Below the pieces are notes generated by a model. It was not told the origin of the DNA, made no database searches, and was given only the letters and a program-made list of their open reading frames with translations. This document shows, piece after piece, positions 15,078 to 17,345 of a DNA stretch of 17,345 nt. Position numbers and translations under genes: made by a program. The DNA is from an uncultured bacterium. GTDB taxonomy: Bacteria > JACRDZ01. The stretch is from assembly GCA_964457585.1 (NCBI GenBank), contig CAYWFU010000066.1, forward strand, positions 1 to 17,345, written 5' to 3'. Each line of letters opens with the position of its first letter. Within the stretch, counting starts at the first letter, position 1.

Positions 15078-17279
15078 CTATACTTTCAAATTATCATTAT
15101 TCGAATTTTTAAGTATTTTTATTGCATCATTAAAATGTTCCATTGTAAGTTTAAAAATCTCTATTTCCTTTTCATCCTGACCATTCTTAATCTTTTCCAA
15201 ATATTCTCTCATGCAAAACATTGATGCCTGCTTGCAAATTGATTTTAAATAAGCACCTGTTAATCCGTCCGTTTTCTCTGCAATTATTTTAAGATCGACA
15301 TCTTTATCCAGAGTCCTGCCTTCCGTATATATTTTAAGTATATCAATCCTTGCATTTTCGTCTGGAGCCGGTAATTTCAATTTCAAATCAAATCTACCGG
15401 ATCTTAATATAGCAGGGTCGATCATATCAATCCTGTTTGTAGCTCCTAGAATTATTACATCTTTTAATTCTTCAATCCCATCAAGCTCAGTCAGGAACTG
15501 GCTAATTACTCGTTCAGTAGTATTGCTCGAATCCCCTCCCCCTGATCCTCTTTTGGGAACTATGGCGTCTATCTCATCAAAAAAAATTATTACCGGTGCA
15601 ACCTGCCTGGCTTTTTTAAAAATTTCTCTTATTCCACGCTCACTCTCACCCAAATATTTACTGATTAATGCAGGTCCTTTAACTGAAATGAAATTAAGTT
15701 CACTCTCAGTTGCCACAGCTTTTGCAAGAAGAGTTTTACCTGTTCCGGGGGCTCCATACAATAATATTCCCTTTGGCGATTGAATTTTTTCTTTTTTGAA
15801 AATTTTTGCATATTTGATTGGCCATTCTATTGCTTCTTGCAGCTCTTTTTTTATTTCTTCAAGCCCACCTACGTCTTCCCATCTAACATTTGGTATTTCA
15901 ACAAAAACCTCTCTTATTGCCGATGGTTCAACTTCCTTCATGGCATCTAAAAAATTATCCATTGTGACTTCAAGTTTCATTAAAATTTCAAACGGTATTT
16001 CCGCCATTTCAAAATCAATTTTCGGTAATATGTTTCTTAATGCTGACATTGCTGCTTCTCGTGCTAGAGCTTCCAGATCTGCTCCGACAAAACCATGTGT
16101 AACTTCAGCTAATTTTTCCAGGTTAACAGCCTCTGTGTTTTCTCCAATATTTTGACCTTCTGCTTTTTTAAGCGGCATACCTCTTGTATGTATTTGTAAA
16201 ATTTCCAATCTTCCGTTTTTATCAGGTATTGAAATACTTATTTCTCTATCAAAACGTCCGGGTCTGCGTAAAGCTGGATCTATCATATTTGGAAGGTTAG
16301 TTGCCCCGATGATAATAATATGCCCCCTGGATTCCAATCCATCCATTAAAGCCAGAAGCTGAGCAACCACTCTGCGTTCAACCTGTTTTTCTACTCCCAT
16401 ATCTTCCCTTTTAGGAGCAATGGCATCTATCTCATCAATAAAAATTATTGCTGGAGCGTGTGCCTGCGCATCTTTAAAAACTTCCCGCAGACGAGCTTCA
16501 CTTTCTCCGTAAAATTTTCCCATAATTTCAGGGCCTGATATATGCGTAAAATATGTATCTGTTTCATTGGCAACAGCTCGTGCGATGAGAGTCTTCCCTG
16601 TACCGGGAGGGCCGTAAAGAAAAACTCCTTTGGGAGGAGTAATACCCAATCTTTCAAATATCTGCGGATATTTTAACGGAAGTTCTATCATCTCTCTGAT
16701 TCTTTGAATTTGCACACCAAGTCCGCCTATATCCTCATAACTGATTTTAGCTTTTTCTTTTTTAGCTCCTTTTGTTTTGATTTTTATCTGAGTAGAGGGA
16801 TTTATCTTAATAATACCTTCAGGGATAGTATCTATTACCCTGTAGTCAGATGTTTTTGTACCGAACAGAGAAACTCTGATTTTGTCTCCTACCACAACAG
16901 GCATTCCTTCAACGAGAGAATTTACATATTTAATATCTTTATCACCCTGGAATAAGGTTAATGCTGTTAATGGCAAGAGTATAATTTTGCTTGCGGTTTT
17001 ATAATCTATTTTTTTTATTTTCACTTTTTCATCAAGACCGGTCTGGGAATTTTCGCGTGATATCCCATCCATTTGAATAATATTTTTTCCTCTATCTTCC
17101 GAATAGCATGGCATTACTTTGGCAGGTGTTTTTCTTTTCCCTTCAACTTCAACAATATCACCTAATTCCAAACCAAGCAGTTTCATGCTTTCAGGATCCA
17201 TCCTGACAATTGCTCTACCCACGTCTTTTGGTAAAGCTTCTTTAACTTTCAAGATAATCGGGTCATTATTTTTTTTCAT
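15078..17279 (-). CDS. CDC48/VAT/p97-like double AAA+ ATPase (N domain + D1 + D2)
   Basis: N-terminal CDC48-N-like [39 protein letters not shown]. Two Walker A motifs GPPGTGKTL / GAPGTGKTL. Two Walker B motifs IIFIDEIDA / IIFFDEIDA. Second-region-of-homology arginines. 733 aa. Confidence 0.9.
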   Translation of the reverse strand: MKKNNDPIILKVKEALPKDVGRAIVRMDPESMKLLGLELGDIVEVEGKRKTPAKVMPCYSEDRGKNIIQMDGISRENSQTGLDEKVKIKKIDYKTASKIILLPLTALTLFQGDKDIKYVNSLVEGMPVVVGDKIRVSLFGTKTSDYRVIDTIPEGIIKINPSTQIKIKTKGAKKEKAKISYEDIGGLGVQIQRIREMIELPLKYPQIFERLGITPPKGVFLYGPPGTGKTLIARAVANETDTYFTHISGPEIMGKFYGESEARLREVFKDAQAHAPAIIFIDEIDAIAPKREDMGVEKQVERRVVAQLLALMDGLESRGHIIIIGATNLPNMIDPALRRPGRFDREISISIPDKNGRLEILQIHTRGMPLKKAEGQNIGENTEAVNLEKLAEVTHGFVGADLEALAREAAMSALRNILPKIDFEMAEIPFEILMKLEVTMDNFLDAMKEVEPSAIREVFVEIPNVRWEDVGGLEEIKKELQEAIEWPIKYAKIFKKEKIQSPKGILLYGAPGTGKTLLAKAVATESELNFISVKGPALISKYLGESERGIREIFKKARQVAPVIIFFDEIDAIVPKRGSGGGDSSNTTERVISQFLTELDGIEELKDVIILGATNRIDMIDPAILRSGRFDLKLKLPAPDENARIDILKIYTEGRTLDKDVDLKIIAEKTDGLTGAYLKSICKQASMFCMREYLEKIKNGQDEKEIEIFKLTMEHFNDAIKILKNSNNDNLKV

Positions 17280-17298
17280 TTCAAACTTCCTTTAAATT

Positions 17299-17345
17299 AA
17301 GCCTGATGAATCAGGCAACTACAATGCAATATGTCTGTAGTTGCC
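17299..17345. repeat. Repeat family A copy 3 (gcctgatGaatcaggc + gcaactacaatgcaatatgtctgtagttgcc), runs to the window edge
   Basis: Lies 19 nt upstream of the CDC48-like ATG. May be truncated by the window end. Confidence 0.65.

Noticed and set aside
11879-16955. Antisense or shadow ORFs 11879-12205, 12378-12632, 12652-12855, 13209-13409, 13411-13629, 14713-14946, 15523-15783, 15796-16155, 16445-16657 and 16704-16955
   Set aside because: All lie opposite GvpF/L, GvpG or CDC48-like genes that carry unambiguous family motifs. S/F/I-rich translations are typical of wrong-frame reads.
9741-17345. CRISPR array interpretation of the repeated palindromic elements
   Set aside because: Copies are 2-5 kb apart and separated by genes rather than short uniform spacers. 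The units are imperfect and internally palindromic in two parts. No cas genes.

Overview
AT-rich window that looks bacterial (sigma-54 enhancer-binding protein, HD-GYP, M23 peptidase, J-domain) and has two parts.

(1) Plus strand, 192-6277. A leaderless-looking sigma-70 promoter drives an overlapping pair: a DUF4143/AAA_14-type ATPase and an SPL-like radical SAM enzyme. Next comes a candidate sigma-54 promoter, then a regulatory operon: a small Lys-rich ORF, an orphan CheY-like receiver, a soluble dual-PAS histidine kinase, and an NtrC-type sigma-54 activator with the GAFTGA motif. This resembles the GvrA/B/C regulators of the Serratia gas vesicle cluster.

(2) Minus strand, 17279 down to 6278. 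A long co-oriented gas vesicle (gvp) cluster converges head-on onto the regulator operon. In transcription order it contains:
- a CDC48/VAT-like double AAA+ ATPase;
- an unannotated 54-aa ORF;
- a GvpF/L paralog fused to a C-terminal DnaJ J-domain;
- GvpF, GvpG, an 81-aa unknown, GvpL-like, and a 62-aa GvpA-family protein of the J/M/S type;
- an intrinsic terminator;
- a fourth GvpF/L, GvpK, and an 88-aa Cys protein;
- GvpJ, a 228-aa unknown, an M23 peptidase, and a GAF-HD-GYP c-di-GMP phosphodiesterase.

The order F-G-L-S-K-J matches the Bacillus megaterium arrangement. There is no canonical GvpA (no WxRVSLVGIE motif) and no single-domain GvpN in the window.

The intergenic regions of the gvp cluster carry several families of repeated, highly structured elements:
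- a 45-nt double-hairpin element, 3 copies, each just upstream of a start codon;
- a perfect 28-bp palindrome, 2 copies;
- a duplicated 30-nt leader/RBS/start-codon block;
- a 73-bp near-perfect hairpin flanked by 17-bp direct repeats (MITE-like).

The candidate for novelty is the chaperone-flavoured gas vesicle system (GvpF/L-J-domain fusion plus CDC48-like unfoldase in place of GvpN, with c-di-GMP and sigma-54 control) and its repeated cis elements.

No rRNA, tRNA or CRISPR array was seen.
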